Shown here one piece after another: positions 38,648 to 48,567 of a stretch of 64,000 nucleotides of DNA. Both the position numbers and the translations under genes were made by a program. Where the stretch lies: NCBI GenBank assembly GCA_905478555.1, contig CAJQIZ010000029.1:11221-75220 (forward strand). The letters run 5' to 3'. The notes beneath the pieces are model-generated. The model was not told the DNA's origin, ran no database searches, and saw only the letters and a list, made by a program, of their open reading frames with translations. Within the stretch, counting starts at the first letter, position 1, and every line of letters starts with the position of its first letter. This DNA is from an uncultured Flavobacteriales bacterium. Its GTDB lineage: Bacteria > Bacteroidota > Bacteroidia > Flavobacteriales > BACL11.

Positions 38648-39630
38648 TTCTTAATAAATGAATTAGAATCTATTAATTTATTTTCTCCATTTTGATGTAA
38701 GGCATAATTAAACCCTGCACGAACGGCAAATGCACCATGTTCTCCCTCTTTATTAATGGCCAAATATCCAATTTGCATGTCTTTGTAATTCTGGTTTTTT
38801 ACTATTCTTGCAATTCCTTCCTCACAAGCTTCTTGTGGTGTAGATCCTTGTCTCATCAGTTCCACAATTAGGAATGAACCTAAGGTTTTTAATACTGCTT
38901 CACCAACTCCAGTTGCACAACATCCACCCACTTCATTGTCTACAAACATTCCTGCACCAATAACAGGGGAATCTCCAACTCTACCGTGTAGTTTCCATGC
39001 TAATCCTGAGGTAGTACAAGCTCCAGAAATATCTCCTTTTTCATCAAGAGCTAGGAGTCCAATTGTATCATGATTTTCTACGTTTATTATTGGTTTGTAT
39101 TCAGAAGTTTCCATCCATTTTTTCCACCTTTTTTCAGATTTTTTAGTAAGTAAAATTTCCTTGGTAAATCCTTTTTCTAAAGCAAATTGTAGAGCTCCTT
39201 CTCCTGAAAGCATTACATGAGGGGTTTCGTCCATTACTTTTCTTGCAACTGAAATAGGGTGTTTTATATTTTGTAAAAAACTAACTGATCCACAATTTCC
39301 TGTTTCATCCATTATGCAGGCATCTAATGTTACATTTCCATCTCTATCAGGCCATCCTCCATATCCTACAGAATTACATTCGGGATCCGCTTCTGGTACT
39401 TTTACTCCTATTTCTACGGCATCTATTGCTTTGTCTCCATTCAATAAGGATTCCATAGCGGCAGTGTTTGCTGCTAATCCATGTCTCCAAGTGGAAATTA
39501 CCATGGGAAATTCTTTTGATGAGTTATCGTTATTGTTTGTATTTATAATAGACTGAACTGATTTAGGTAATAAAAATGCTGCTAGTGCACCAATTGTAGA
39601 TTTCTTTATGAAATTTCTTCTTTCCGACAT
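38644..39630 (-). CDS. N4-(beta-N-acetylglucosaminyl)-L-asparaginase (glycosylasparaginase), Ntn hydrolase
   Basis: Twin-arginine-type signal MSERRNFIKKSTIGALAAF. Autoprocessing/nucleophile motif HDTIGLLALD, plus GRVGDSPVIGAG. 4-nt overlap with the GH92 gene. Confidence 0.85.
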   Translation of the reverse strand: MSERRNFIKKSTIGALAAFLLPKSVQSIINTNNNDNSSKEFPMVISTWRHGLAANTAAMESLLNGDKAIDAVEIGVKVPEADPECNSVGYGGWPDRDGNVTLDACIMDETGNCGSVSFLQNIKHPISVARKVMDETPHVMLSGEGALQFALEKGFTKEILLTKKSEKRWKKWMETSEYKPIINVENHDTIGLLALDEKGDISGACTTSGLAWKLHGRVGDSPVIGAGMFVDNEVGGCCATGVGEAVLKTLGSFLIVELMRQGSTPQEACEEGIARIVKNQNYKDMQIGYLAINKEGEHGAFAVRAGFNYALHQNGENKLIDSNSFIKK

Positions 39631-39722
39631 AATGTTATTTGTTTTATGAATCGTCTAAAATACAAAAAAATAGAAAGTAAAAAATCTACATAGAAAGAAT
39701 AGACCCTAACAAGATTAGAGAA

Positions 39723-39872
39723 ATGCTAAACAAGATAGAAGACCCTATTGATTATATCAACGCAATAACAAAGCTATTACCTTACGCTATAGGAAAGAAA
39801 AAGACTATTGAAGACACTGAAGAAACAGAGCCAATTAGCATACTTATCAACATTGACGGACAAGAAAAATAG
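39723..39872 (+). CDS. Possible 49-aa orphan ORF downstream of the ssrA 3' end
   Basis: Hand translation: MLNKIEDPIDYINAITKLLPYAIGKKKTIEDTEETEPISILINIDGQEK*. It is followed by two hairpins, one with a T-run. It is below the ORF-track length cutoff and has no motif. Confidence 0.2.
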   Translation: MLNKIEDPIDYINAITKLLPYAIGKKKTIEDTEETEPISILINIDGQEK

Positions 39873-39910
39873 TGAAAAGTGGCCTACATACAGGCCTACC
39901 AAGAAATAAA

Positions 39911-39942
39911 CCCCTGCAATCACTAGATTACAAGGGTTTTTT
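39911..39942. terminator. Bidirectional-looking hairpin terminator (ssrA on the minus strand, small ORF on the plus strand)
   Basis: CCCCTGCAATC-acta-GATTACAAGGG pairs 9 of 11 positions. It is followed by T6 on the plus strand and by TTTATTTCTT on the minus strand. Confidence 0.5.
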
Positions 39943-39946
39943 ATAG

Positions 39947-40313
39947 TGGAACTGGTGGGTTTCGAACCCACGTCCTAACAAGGAATCAAAAAGCTTTCTA
40001 CATGTTTATCTTATTTTAATTTTCGAAATAGAAGTGGAAATTAGCAACCAAATCCTATTCTTATCTTCAAAAAGTTTCGCATCATTACAGAAGAAATAAA
40101 TCTGCTATTCTGAAATTAATAATGCCTCAGGATTAAAGGAATCAGAAGGTCCTTTAAAAGAGACAAAAGCCAGCTTAATTTATAAAATTAGGCAGCTAAA
40201 GCGTAGTTAGACTCGCCAATTAAAAAATATGATTTTTGATTTTTACGAGCCAAAAAACAATGCTCGACATGCTTACAGTCCAATGCATCTTGCAGTCAAA
40301 TCCAGTCAGTCCC
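39947..40313 (-). ncRNA. ssrA: tmRNA (SsrA)
   Basis: On the minus strand the 5' end GGGACTGACTGGATTTGAC pairs with the 3' end CAGTTCC-A, including the G3:U70 alanine identity pair. The T-arm is GGGTTCGAAACCC. The tag ORF at 40217..40188 is GGC GAG TCT AAC TAC GCT TTA GCT GCC TAA = GESNYALAA*. The terminal CCA is not fully encoded (ACTA). Confidence 0.92.
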
Positions 40314-40375
40314 AATAAGTTTATGATCTATTTCGCAAAAATATGAAAATATTTAGTCTATTTGCATCAATTAAT

Positions 40376-40383
40376 TATTTTTG
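40376..40383 (+). promoter_or_regulatory. -7 promoter box (TATTTTTG)
   Basis: TAnnTTTG match 18 nt upstream of ATG 40401. Confidence 0.35.
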
Positions 40384-40400
40384 TAATAAATTAAAATAGT

Positions 40401-41600
40401 ATGAAAATTGGAATATTAAGGGAAGAAAAAAGTCCTCCAGATGAAAGGGTCGCTTTTACTCCCAAACAATGCAAGTGGATTCTTGAAAATACTATATTAA
40501 CATTAGTAGTACAAAAAAGTGATATTCGTTGTTTTTCAGATGAAGAATATAGAAATGAAGGGATAGAGTTAGTTGATTCAGTGGATGATTGTGATGTTCT
40601 GATAGGAATAAAAGAGGTCCCAAAATGCTCTCTATTGGAAAATAAAAAATACTTTTATTTTTCTCATACCATAAAAGAACAACCTTATAATAGAGATTTA
40701 CTGCAGAAAATGTTAGATTTAAACATTGAAATGGTGGATTATGAAGTTTTAAAAGGATCAAATAATAAAAGGTTATTAGGTTTTGGAAGATATGCAGGTA
40801 TTGTTGGTGCTTATAATGGCTTGTTAACTTACGGATTAAAATCTGCGAAGTATAATTTGAAAGCTGCTTATAAATGTATAGATAGAGAAGAGGTAGAAAG
40901 AGAGATAGAGAAAATTAGCCTTACTAACGAAAAAATTATCCTTACAGGAAAAGGTAGAGTTGCTAATGGAGCTTTAGAAGTATTAAGTTCTGCAAAAATA
41001 AAAGAAGTGAGTAAAGAGGATTTTATAATAAATACTTATAATGAATCTGTTTTCTGTAGGTTAGACACTATGGATTATAATGTAAGAATAGATGGTTCAG
41101 ATTCTGAAAAGTACGACTTTTACAACAATCCTGAGAAATATAAATCTTCATTTATGAAATATGCAAAACATGCGAATCTTTTTATTGCTGGACATTTTTA
41201 TAGTGTAGGTTCTCCTTTTCTTTTCACAAGAGAAGATGCTGATTCTTCAGATTTTAATATAAGAGTTGTTGCTGATATTTCTTGTGATATTGATGGTCCT
41301 GTTGCGTCTACAATCAGACCTTCTACAATTAAAAATCCTATTTATGGTTATAATCCTATTACTGAAAAAGAAGATGACTTTACTAATGATGGGGTAGTGG
41401 CAGTAATGGCAGTAGATAATTTACCTTGCGAATTACCTAAAGATGCATCTGAAGATTTCGGTGCCGAGTTTATAGATAAAATATTACCTTCATTAATTTC
41501 AGATGATACTGAAAAAATTATAAAGAGAGCTACTATTTGTAAGGATGGAAACCTAACTTTTTCTTTTGAATACCTAAGAGATTACTTGAACGGAAATTAG
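40401..41600 (+). CDS. Lysine-ketoglutarate reductase / saccharopine dehydrogenase (L-lysine-forming)-like, AlaDH/PNT fold
   Basis: N-terminus MKIGILREEKSPPDERVAFTP and the block KKYFYFSHTIKEQPYNRDLLQKMLDLNIEMVDYE...RLLGFGRYAGIVGAYNGL resemble the LKR domain of AASS-type enzymes. Confidence 0.65.
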   Translation: MKIGILREEKSPPDERVAFTPKQCKWILENTILTLVVQKSDIRCFSDEEYRNEGIELVDSVDDCDVLIGIKEVPKCSLLENKKYFYFSHTIKEQPYNRDLLQKMLDLNIEMVDYEVLKGSNNKRLLGFGRYAGIVGAYNGLLTYGLKSAKYNLKAAYKCIDREEVEREIEKISLTNEKIILTGKGRVANGALEVLSSAKIKEVSKEDFIINTYNESVFCRLDTMDYNVRIDGSDSEKYDFYNNPEKYKSSFMKYAKHANLFIAGHFYSVGSPFLFTREDADSSDFNIRVVADISCDIDGPVASTIRPSTIKNPIYGYNPITEKEDDFTNDGVVAVMAVDNLPCELPKDASEDFGAEFIDKILPSLISDDTEKIIKRATICKDGNLTFSFEYLRDYLNGN

Positions 41601-42247
41601 CAGTTTTTTAAATCTTCAATTGTTTGTGTAGGGTTTGTTGATTTGAAAACAAAACTGCCAGCAACTAAAGCGTCTGCTCCTGCCTCAATAAGTTTTGGAG
41701 CATTAGTCGAATTTACTCCTCCATCAATTTCAATTATAAAATCTGCTCCTAATGTTTCTCTTAAATGTACTAAAGATTTTATTTTTTGATAGGTGTTATC
41801 AATAAATGATTGACCTCCAAATCCAGGGTTAACAGACATGATTAAAACTAAATCTAAATCTAACAATACATCATTTAATAAATTAACTGAAGTGTGAGGG
41901 TTTAAAGCTACACCTGCCTTCATTCCATTTGCTTTTATGCTTTGTATAGTTCTGTGCAAATGAGTGCAAGCTTCATAGTGTACCGTAAGTATATCTGCTC
42001 CTACTTTCTTAAAAGTTTCAATATATCTATCTGGATCTACAATCATTAAATGAACATCTAAAGTTTTATTAGCAACTTTATTTATAGCATCTATTACCGG
42101 CATTCCGTATGAAATATTCGGAACAAATACTCCGTCCATTACATCAATATGAAACCAATCTGCTTTACTGTTATTTACTAATTCGCAATCTCTTTGTAAA
42201 TTTCCGAAATCAGCAGCTAAGATGGAAGGGGCTATTATTGTACTCAT
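41597..42247 (-). CDS. rpe: Ribulose-phosphate 3-epimerase
   Basis: Motifs HIDVMDGVFVPN, VHLMI and VNPGFGGQSF. Confidence 0.95.
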   Translation of the reverse strand: MSTIIAPSILAADFGNLQRDCELVNNSKADWFHIDVMDGVFVPNISYGMPVIDAINKVANKTLDVHLMIVDPDRYIETFKKVGADILTVHYEACTHLHRTIQSIKANGMKAGVALNPHTSVNLLNDVLLDLDLVLIMSVNPGFGGQSFIDNTYQKIKSLVHLRETLGADFIIEIDGGVNSTNAPKLIEAGADALVAGSFVFKSTNPTQTIEDLKNC

Positions 42248-42272
42248 TTAATTTATTTTTGGCAAATCTATA

Positions 42273-42300
42273 TAAAAAAAGAGGAGTAAACTCCTCTTTT
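42273..42300 (-). terminator. Rho-independent terminator after rpoD
   Basis: AGAGGAG-ttta-CTCCTCT hairpin (minus strand) followed by T7, 6 nt after the rpoD stop. Confidence 0.7.
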
Positions 42301-42305
42301 AAATA

Positions 42306-43169
42306 TTATCCTAAATATGTTTTCAAGATTTTACTTCTTGATGTGTGTTTCAGTCTTCTGACTGCTTTTTCTTTAATCTGTCTTACCCTTTCTCTAGTCA
42401 AATCAAATTTTTCTCCAATTTCTTCCAGAGTCATAGCATGACCTCCGCTTAATCCGAAATAAGAGGATAGTACATCCGCTTCTCTTGGTGAAAGAGTGTC
42501 TAATGCTCTTCTGATTTCTTTTCTTAAGGATTCTAACATCAACTCTTGATCAGGAGAAGGACTTTCGTCTGATTTCAATACATCATACATAGTACTATCT
42601 TCTCCCTCTACTAATGGGTTGTCCATTGATACATGTCTTCCTGTATTTTTCATTGACTCCTGAACTTCTGTAATAGAAAGTTCAGTTATTTCTGAAATTT
42701 CTTCAGCAGTAGGAGGCCTTTCAAATTTCTGTTCTAATTTAGCGTATGCTTTATTAATTTTATTGATAGATCCAATTTTATTTAAAGGAAGTCTAACAAT
42801 TCTTGATTGTTCTGCAAGTGCTTGTAATATAGATTGACGAATCCACCATACAGCATAAGAGATGAATTTAAATCCTCTTGTTTCATCAAATCTTTGTGCT
42901 GCTTTAATTAATCCTAAGTTTCCTTCATTAATTAAATCAGGTAAAGAAAGTCCTTGATTCTGATATTGTTTTGAAACAGAAACCACAAATCTAAGGTTAG
43001 CTTGAGTAAGTTTCTCTAAAGCAATTTTATCTCCTGCTTTAATTCTCTGAGCTAATTCAACTTCCTCTTCAGGTGTAATTAAGTCTACTTTTGCAATTTC
43101 CTGTAAGTACTTATCCAATGAAGGAGTTTCTCTATTGGTGACCTGTTTTGTGATTTTCAGTTGTCTCAT
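42306..43169 (-). CDS. rpoD: RNA polymerase primary sigma factor (short Bacteroidota sigma-A)
   Basis: 287 aa with region 2 ([13 protein letters not shown]) and region 4 ([24 protein letters not shown]). Confidence 0.95.
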   Translation of the reverse strand: MRQLKITKQVTNRETPSLDKYLQEIAKVDLITPEEEVELAQRIKAGDKIALEKLTQANLRFVVSVSKQYQNQGLSLPDLINEGNLGLIKAAQRFDETRGFKFISYAVWWIRQSILQALAEQSRIVRLPLNKIGSINKINKAYAKLEQKFERPPTAEEISEITELSITEVQESMKNTGRHVSMDNPLVEGEDSTMYDVLKSDESPSPDQELMLESLRKEIRRALDTLSPREADVLSSYFGLSGGHAMTLEEIGEKFDLTRERVRQIKEKAVRRLKHTSRSKILKTYLG

Positions 43170-43260
43170 GTAATATAATTTTTTGTTAGTAATTTGTTTT
43201 TAACCTCTCCCTTTTACGTGTGTGTAAAGGAAAGGTTACAACAATTTTTAATTAATTAAA

Positions 43261-45390
43261 TTATTTCTTTTCTGGTTTTGGTAAAAGAGCTTTTCTAGAT
43301 AGTTTTAACTTTCCAGATTTAGGGTCTATAGCAATTAACTTCACCTCAATCTCTTGTCCTTCTTTTAAAACATCTTCAACATTATCTACTCTAGTCCAAG
43401 ATATTTCAGAAACATGAAGTAGACCATCTGTATTTGGAGCAATACCAACAAATGCACCGTAAGGCATAATTGATTTTACTTTTCCTTTATAAGTTTCTCC
43501 TTCTTCTGGTACAAAAGCAATAGATTTTATTTTTGAAACAGCTTCATCAATTCCTGCTTGCTCAGTTCCTAAAATTTCAACTCTTCCTTTTTCATCAATC
43601 TCTTCAATAGAAATTGTAGTTTCAGTTTTCGCTTGTAATTCTTGAATCACTTTTCCTCCAGGACCAATAATCCCACCAATTGCAGATTTAGGTACTTCTA
43701 AAATAACAATTTTAGGAGTTTGAGGTTTTAACTCTACTCTTGGAGTACTCATAACATCTGTTATTTTTCCTAATATATGTAATCTACCATCTTTAGCTTG
43801 CATTAAAGCTTGTTCTAAAATATCGTAAGAAAGTCCTTGAACTTTAATATCCATTTGACATGCTGTAATTCCGTCAGCAGTACCACATATTTTAAAGTCC
43901 ATGTCACCTAAGTGATCTTCATCACCTAAAATATCAGATAATACGGCATAATTACTTGGATCTTTTTCGTTAGAAATTAATCCCATTGCAATACCAGAAA
44001 CTGGTTTTTCAATTTTTACCCCAGCATCCATAAGTGCTAAAGTACCAGCACAAACTGTTGCCATTGAAGATGAACCGTTAGATTCTAAAATATCAGATAC
44101 AATTCTTACTGTGTAAGGATTGTCTGCGGGTATCATTTTCTTTAAAGCTCTTTGTGCTAAGTTTCCATGACCAATTTCTCTTCTTGAAGTTCCTCTTAAA
44201 GGACGAGCTTCTCCAGTTGAAAAAGGAGGGAAGTTATAGTGTAAGTAGAATTTTTCGTGTCCTTGAAAAGTAACACCATCTAATCTGTTTACATCTTGTA
44301 AAGTTCCTAAAGTTACAGTAGTTAAAGATTGAGTTTCACCTCTAGTAAATACTGCAGAACCATGTGGAGAAGCTAAATAGTCTACTTCACTCCAAATATG
44401 TCTGATTTCAGAAGTTTTTCTACCATCTAATCTTTTCCCTTCATTTAATACTAATGCTCTTACCGCTTCTTTTTCAACATCATGATAATAAACACCGATT
44501 AAATTTCTATCGTATTTTTCTTTTTCTTCATCTGATAAGTTTGCAATCCATTCTTCTTTTACTGCTTTAAACTTGATAGATCTTTCATCTTTACCTAATC
44601 CTTCAGATGCAACTGCATAAACTTTATCGTAAGTTTCTTTCTGAATTCTCGCTTTTAACTCATCATCATGAGTTTCATGACAGTATTCTCTTTTTGGAGA
44701 AGATTTAGATATTTCTGATGCTAATTCAGTTTGCATAGCACACTGAACTTTAATAGCTTCATGACCAATTTTAATAGCTTCAATCATTTCTGATTCCGAT
44801 ACTTCACTCATTTCTCCTTCTACCATTGCAACACTATCAGCTGAAGCTCCAACCATTAAATCCATATCTGAATCTTCCATTTGTGCTGGAGATGGATTTA
44901 CAATGAACTCTCCATTTAATCTGATTACTCTAGCTTCAGAAATAGGTCCGTTAAACGGAATATCTGAAATAGTAATTGCAGTAGAAGCCGCAAGTGCCGC
45001 TAAACTATCAGGAGATACTTCAGGGTCATGTGAGTTAAGTGAAATCATTACTTGTACTTCCGAATGATAATCACTTGGGAACATTGGTCTTAATATTCTA
45101 TCTACCAATCTCATAACCAAAATCTCTTGGTCAGTAGGTCTTGCTTCTCTTTTTAAGAATCCACCAGGGAATCTTCCGTCAGCTGCAAATTTCTCTCTAT
45201 AATCAACAGTTAAAGGTAAAAAATCTACCCCTTCTCTAGCTCCAATGCTAGATACAACTGTTGCTAACATATGGGTTTTACCCATCCTTATTTCTACTGA
45301 ACCGTCTGCTTGTTTTGCTAATTTTCCTGTTGTGATAGTGATTTCTCTACCATCTTGTAAGGTGATTTTTTTTGTAATTTCTTTAATCAT
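43261..45390 (-). CDS. pnp: Polyribonucleotide nucleotidyltransferase (PNPase)
   Basis: Two RNase PH domains plus KH and S1. The start was moved to [17 protein letters not shown] at ATG 45390. Confidence 0.97.
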   Translation of the reverse strand: MIKEITKKITLQDGREITITTGKLAKQADGSVEIRMGKTHMLATVVSSIGAREGVDFLPLTVDYREKFAADGRFPGGFLKREARPTDQEILVMRLVDRILRPMFPSDYHSEVQVMISLNSHDPEVSPDSLAALAASTAITISDIPFNGPISEARVIRLNGEFIVNPSPAQMEDSDMDLMVGASADSVAMVEGEMSEVSESEMIEAIKIGHEAIKVQCAMQTELASEISKSSPKREYCHETHDDELKARIQKETYDKVYAVASEGLGKDERSIKFKAVKEEWIANLSDEEKEKYDRNLIGVYYHDVEKEAVRALVLNEGKRLDGRKTSEIRHIWSEVDYLASPHGSAVFTRGETQSLTTVTLGTLQDVNRLDGVTFQGHEKFYLHYNFPPFSTGEARPLRGTSRREIGHGNLAQRALKKMIPADNPYTVRIVSDILESNGSSSMATVCAGTLALMDAGVKIEKPVSGIAMGLISNEKDPSNYAVLSDILGDEDHLGDMDFKICGTADGITACQMDIKVQGLSYDILEQALMQAKDGRLHILGKITDVMSTPRVELKPQTPKIVILEVPKSAIGGIIGPGGKVIQELQAKTETTISIEEIDEKGRVEILGTEQAGIDEAVSKIKSIAFVPEEGETYKGKVKSIMPYGAFVGIAPNTDGLLHVSEISWTRVDNVEDVLKEGQEIEVKLIAIDPKSGKLKLSRKALLPKPEKK

Positions 45391-45430
45391 TTTTTTTATT
45401 GTTTTCTTTTTTCCTCCATCTGTTAAAATT

Positions 45431-45461
45431 AAAAAAAGGCAATTATTCAATTGCCTTTTTT
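45431..45461 (-). terminator. rpsO terminator / pnp leader hairpin
   Basis: GGCAATT-gaat-AATTGCC hairpin flanked by A7 and T6, between the rpsO stop (45482) and the pnp start (45390). This matches the classical rpsO-pnp arrangement. Confidence 0.7.
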
Positions 45462-45481
45462 CTAAATATTGTATGTACTAA

Positions 45482-45751
45482 TTATCTTCTTAGTTTTAAA
45501 TCTTTTACTAGTTTTCTGTAGGATACTACATCCTTTCTTTTTAAATAATCTAGTAATTTTCTTCTTCTACCTACCATTAATTGAAGAGATCTTTGTGTTC
45601 CAAAGTCTTTTCTGTTTTCTTTTAGGTGTCCAGTAAGATTTGCGATTCTAATTGTGAATAATGCTACTTGACTGTGTACTGAACCAGTATCATTTTTACC
45701 AGAACCGTATTTCTCAAATAACTCTTCTTTTTGTTGTGTATCTAAACTCAT
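45482..45751 (-). CDS. rpsO: 30S ribosomal protein S15
   Basis: 89 aa with GSVHSQVALFTIRIANLTGHLKENRKD. Confidence 0.97.
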   Translation of the reverse strand: MSLDTQQKEELFEKYGSGKNDTGSVHSQVALFTIRIANLTGHLKENRKDFGTQRSLQLMVGRRRKLLDYLKRKDVVSYRKLVKDLKLRR

Positions 45752-45826
45752 ATTAATTTTCCTTTATTTTTCGGTTTGCAAATTTACGAATAGTTTTTTT
45801 AATAAATGAATTTATTTTAAAATAAA

Positions 45827-46672
45827 TTATGATTTATACATTCTTATTAATTGTGCTATTTTTTCTTTCAAATTTTTACGATCTACAATCATGTCAAGAA
45901 ATCCGTGTTCCTGTACAAATTCAGCTGTTTGAAATCCTTTTGGAAGATCTTTACCAATAGTTTCCTTTACAACTCTAGGTCCTGCAAATCCAATTAATGC
46001 ATTTGGTTCTCCAATATTCAAATCTCCTAACATTGCGAAAGATGCTGTAATTCCTCCAGTTGTTGGATCTGTTAATATAGAAAAGTAAGGAACACCTTCA
46101 TTACTTAACTGAGCTAGTTTTGCTGAAGTTTTTGCTAATTGCATTAATGAAAATGAAGCTTCCATCATTCTAGCTCCACCAGATTTTGAGATAATAATAA
46201 AAGGTGTTTTTGTTTCTTTTGCATAGTCTATTGCTCTAGCTATTTTTTCACCTACAACTGAACCCATTGATCCTCCAATAAAATTAAAGTTAAAACAAGC
46301 GATTACAGCATTTTGTTTATTAATTGTTCCATAAGCAGTGGTTACAGCATCTTTTAATCCTGTTTTTTTCTGAATATCAATTAATCTTTCGGTATATTTT
46401 TTTCTGTCTTCAAATTGTAATGGATCTTTTGATGTCATACTTGGATTTAACTCTGTAAATTTATTTTTATCAAATAATATTTCAAAATATTCTTTTGAAT
46501 TAATTCTATGATGGTGATTGCAGTTGTAACATACATATAATTGATTGTGATGCTCATCAGTTGTAATAACTGTTTTACATTTAGGACATTTGTACCATAA
46601 TCCTTCTGGAGTTTCTTTTTTCTGATTTGTTTCAGTAGTTACTCCTTTTTTTATTCTTTTAAACCATCCCAT
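45827..46672 (-). CDS. accD: Acetyl-CoA carboxylase carboxyltransferase subunit beta
   Basis: N-terminal zinc ribbon CPKC...CYNC and the carboxyltransferase core [11 protein letters not shown]. Confidence 0.95.
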   Translation of the reverse strand: MGWFKRIKKGVTTETNQKKETPEGLWYKCPKCKTVITTDEHHNQLYVCYNCNHHHRINSKEYFEILFDKNKFTELNPSMTSKDPLQFEDRKKYTERLIDIQKKTGLKDAVTTAYGTINKQNAVIACFNFNFIGGSMGSVVGEKIARAIDYAKETKTPFIIISKSGGARMMEASFSLMQLAKTSAKLAQLSNEGVPYFSILTDPTTGGITASFAMLGDLNIGEPNALIGFAGPRVVKETIGKDLPKGFQTAEFVQEHGFLDMIVDRKNLKEKIAQLIRMYKS

Positions 46673-46675
46673 AAT

Positions 46676-47743
46676 TTAACTGTTTCTGTTTATATTATTT
46701 AAATCTTCAAAAGATCTAGTTAATCTTTCAATAAAAGTTAATTCTCCATCTCTAATCCATTTCCTTGGATCGTAATATTTTTTATTTGGTATTTCTTCTC
46801 CATCCGGATTTCCTATTTGTGCTTGAACATAGTTATTATATTTAGCAAAATAATCTCTAGTTCCAACAGTGAACCCCCATTGTAAATCAGTGTCAATATT
46901 CATTTTAATTACTCCATATCCAATTGATTCTTCAATTTCCTCTGCAGACGATCCTGACCCTCCATGAAACACAAAGTTTACAGGTTGTTTTTCTGTATTA
47001 AATTTTTCTTCAATATATTTTTGAGATTTATCTAAAATTTTAGGTGTTAAAACTACATTTCCAGGTTTGTATACTCCGTGTACATTTCCGAAAGAGGCTG
47101 CTACAGTAAATTGATCAGAAATTTTCATTAATTCTTCATAAGCATATGCTACTTCTGAGGGTTGAGTATAAAGTTTACTAACATCTACATCAGAGTTGTC
47201 TACACCATCCTCCTCTCCTCCTGTGATTCCTAGTTCTATTTCTAGAGTCATACCTATTTTACTCATTCTTTTTAGGTATTCTTTACATATTTCAATGTTT
47301 TCTTCAATTGGCTCTTCTGAAAGATCAATCATGTGTGAACTATAAAGAGGTTTCCCGTGTATTTCAAAAAACTCTTCACCTGCTTCTAAAAGTCCATCTA
47401 TCCAAGGTAAAAGTTTTTTAGCACAATGGTCTGTATGTAAAATAACTGTTGATCCGTAAAGTTCTGCCATTTGATGTGTATGTATTGCTCCTGATATTCC
47501 TCCTGCAATTGCAGCTTGATGGTCATCATTTGAAAGTCCTTTTCCAGCAAAAAACTGACATCCTCCGTTTGAGAATTGAACAATTACAGGTGAGTTTAAG
47601 TTAGCTGCTGCTTCAAGTACTGCATTTACTGTTGATGTATTACTCACATTTACTGCTGGTAAAGCGTATTTGTTTTTTTTAGCGTCTGCAAAAACCTTTC
47701 CTAATTCCTTTCCTGAAATTACTCCTAATTCGAATTTAGACAT
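46676..47743 (-). CDS. fbaA: Class II fructose-bisphosphate aldolase
   Basis: Motifs LHTDHC, FHGGSGS and IKMNIDTD; 355 aa. Confidence 0.95.
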   Translation of the reverse strand: MSKFELGVISGKELGKVFADAKKNKYALPAVNVSNTSTVNAVLEAAANLNSPVIVQFSNGGCQFFAGKGLSNDDHQAAIAGGISGAIHTHQMAELYGSTVILHTDHCAKKLLPWIDGLLEAGEEFFEIHGKPLYSSHMIDLSEEPIEENIEICKEYLKRMSKIGMTLEIELGITGGEEDGVDNSDVDVSKLYTQPSEVAYAYEELMKISDQFTVAASFGNVHGVYKPGNVVLTPKILDKSQKYIEEKFNTEKQPVNFVFHGGSGSSAEEIEESIGYGVIKMNIDTDLQWGFTVGTRDYFAKYNNYVQAQIGNPDGEEIPNKKYYDPRKWIRDGELTFIERLTRSFEDLNNINRNS

Positions 47744-47803
47744 TTTTTTATTTTTTATTAAAATTGAAAAACAAAATTAAAAACATTGTTAGTATTTTAG
47801 CGG

Positions 47804-47811
47804 TAAATTTG
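47804..47811 (+). promoter_or_regulatory. -7 promoter box (TAAATTTG)
   Basis: TAnnTTTG match 25 nt upstream of ATG 47836. Confidence 0.4.
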
Positions 47812-47835
47812 AATATTTTTTAAAACATCTAAATT

Positions 47836-48567
47836 ATGATAAGTAAAAATCAGATAAAGTTTGTAAAATCATTACATCAAAAGAAAAACAGATTAGAACA
47901 TAGATGTTTTATTGTAGAGTCTACTAAAAATGTATTAGAAATACTAAGTTCAGATTATGAAATTGTTCAGTTGTTTGCTACCAAAAAATGGATTGAGTTC
48001 AATAGTGTTGATGTTAAGGTTTCTGTAAATGAGGTAGTAGAGAAAGAGATGTCTAGAATTTCTGCATTAAAAACATCTTCTGAAGTTTTGGTAGTTATGA
48101 GAATGAAAGAACGAATTGAAAAAATGAGTTTTGAAGGAGTAAATATTATGTTGGATGATGTGCGAGATCCTGGTAATTTAGGAACTTTAATTAGAATTTG
48201 TGATTGGTTTGCTGTAAAAAATATTTACCTTTCTACTAACTCTGTAGATATGTATAACCCTAAAGTTGTTCAATCTACAATGGGTTCTTTACAAAGGGTA
48301 AATGTAGTATATGCAGATTTAGTTAATTTATTGGATAGTGTAGGAGAGGAGGTAGATGTTTTTGCAACAGTAATGAATGGTGAAAATATTAAGAATATTA
48401 AAGTTAATAATAATTCGTTATTTGTTTTTGGTAATGAATCGAAAGGTATTTCTGAAGATATACTAAGTAAAATAGAGAATAGAATTACTATAAATAAGTT
48501 TGGGAATGCAGAGTCGTTAAATGTTTCTGTTTCTGCAGCTATTATATTAAATCATTTTTGTAATTAA
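47836..48567 (+). CDS. TrmH/SpoU-family RNA 2'-O-methyltransferase
   Basis: SPOUT motifs DDVRDPGNLGTLIRI, FGNESKGIS and ESLNVSVSAAI. Confidence 0.82.
   Translation: MISKNQIKFVKSLHQKKNRLEHRCFIVESTKNVLEILSSDYEIVQLFATKKWIEFNSVDVKVSVNEVVEKEMSRISALKTSSEVLVVMRMKERIEKMSFEGVNIMLDDVRDPGNLGTLIRICDWFAVKNIYLSTNSVDMYNPKVVQSTMGSLQRVNVVYADLVNLLDSVGEEVDVFATVMNGENIKNIKVNNNSLFVFGNESKGISEDILSKIENRITINKFGNAESLNVSVSAAIILNHFCN

Noticed and set aside
39777-39971. 64-aa minus-strand ORF from the ORF track.
   Set aside because: It starts inside the tmRNA 3' end and terminator hairpin and runs through the spacer. Its product is hydrophobic and low-complexity. The region is better explained by ssrA, its terminator and possibly the plus-strand 49-codon ORF.
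42109-42441. 110-aa plus-strand ORF spanning the rpe start, the rpoD terminator and the rpoD 3' end.
   Set aside because: It crosses a terminator hairpin and two well-supported minus-strand genes, so it is an artefact.
43190-43240. The imperfect hairpin AACCTCTCCCTTTTAC...GTAAAGGAAAGGTT between pnp and rpoD could be a terminator.
   Set aside because: The stem has several mismatches and bulges, and no T-run follows on the minus strand. It could be a processing or attenuation structure, but I cannot support a call.
45391-45450. 20-codon N-terminal extension of pnp.
   Set aside because: The canonical PNPase N-terminus ([11 protein letters not shown]...) starts at 45390. The extension would run into the rpsO terminator hairpin.
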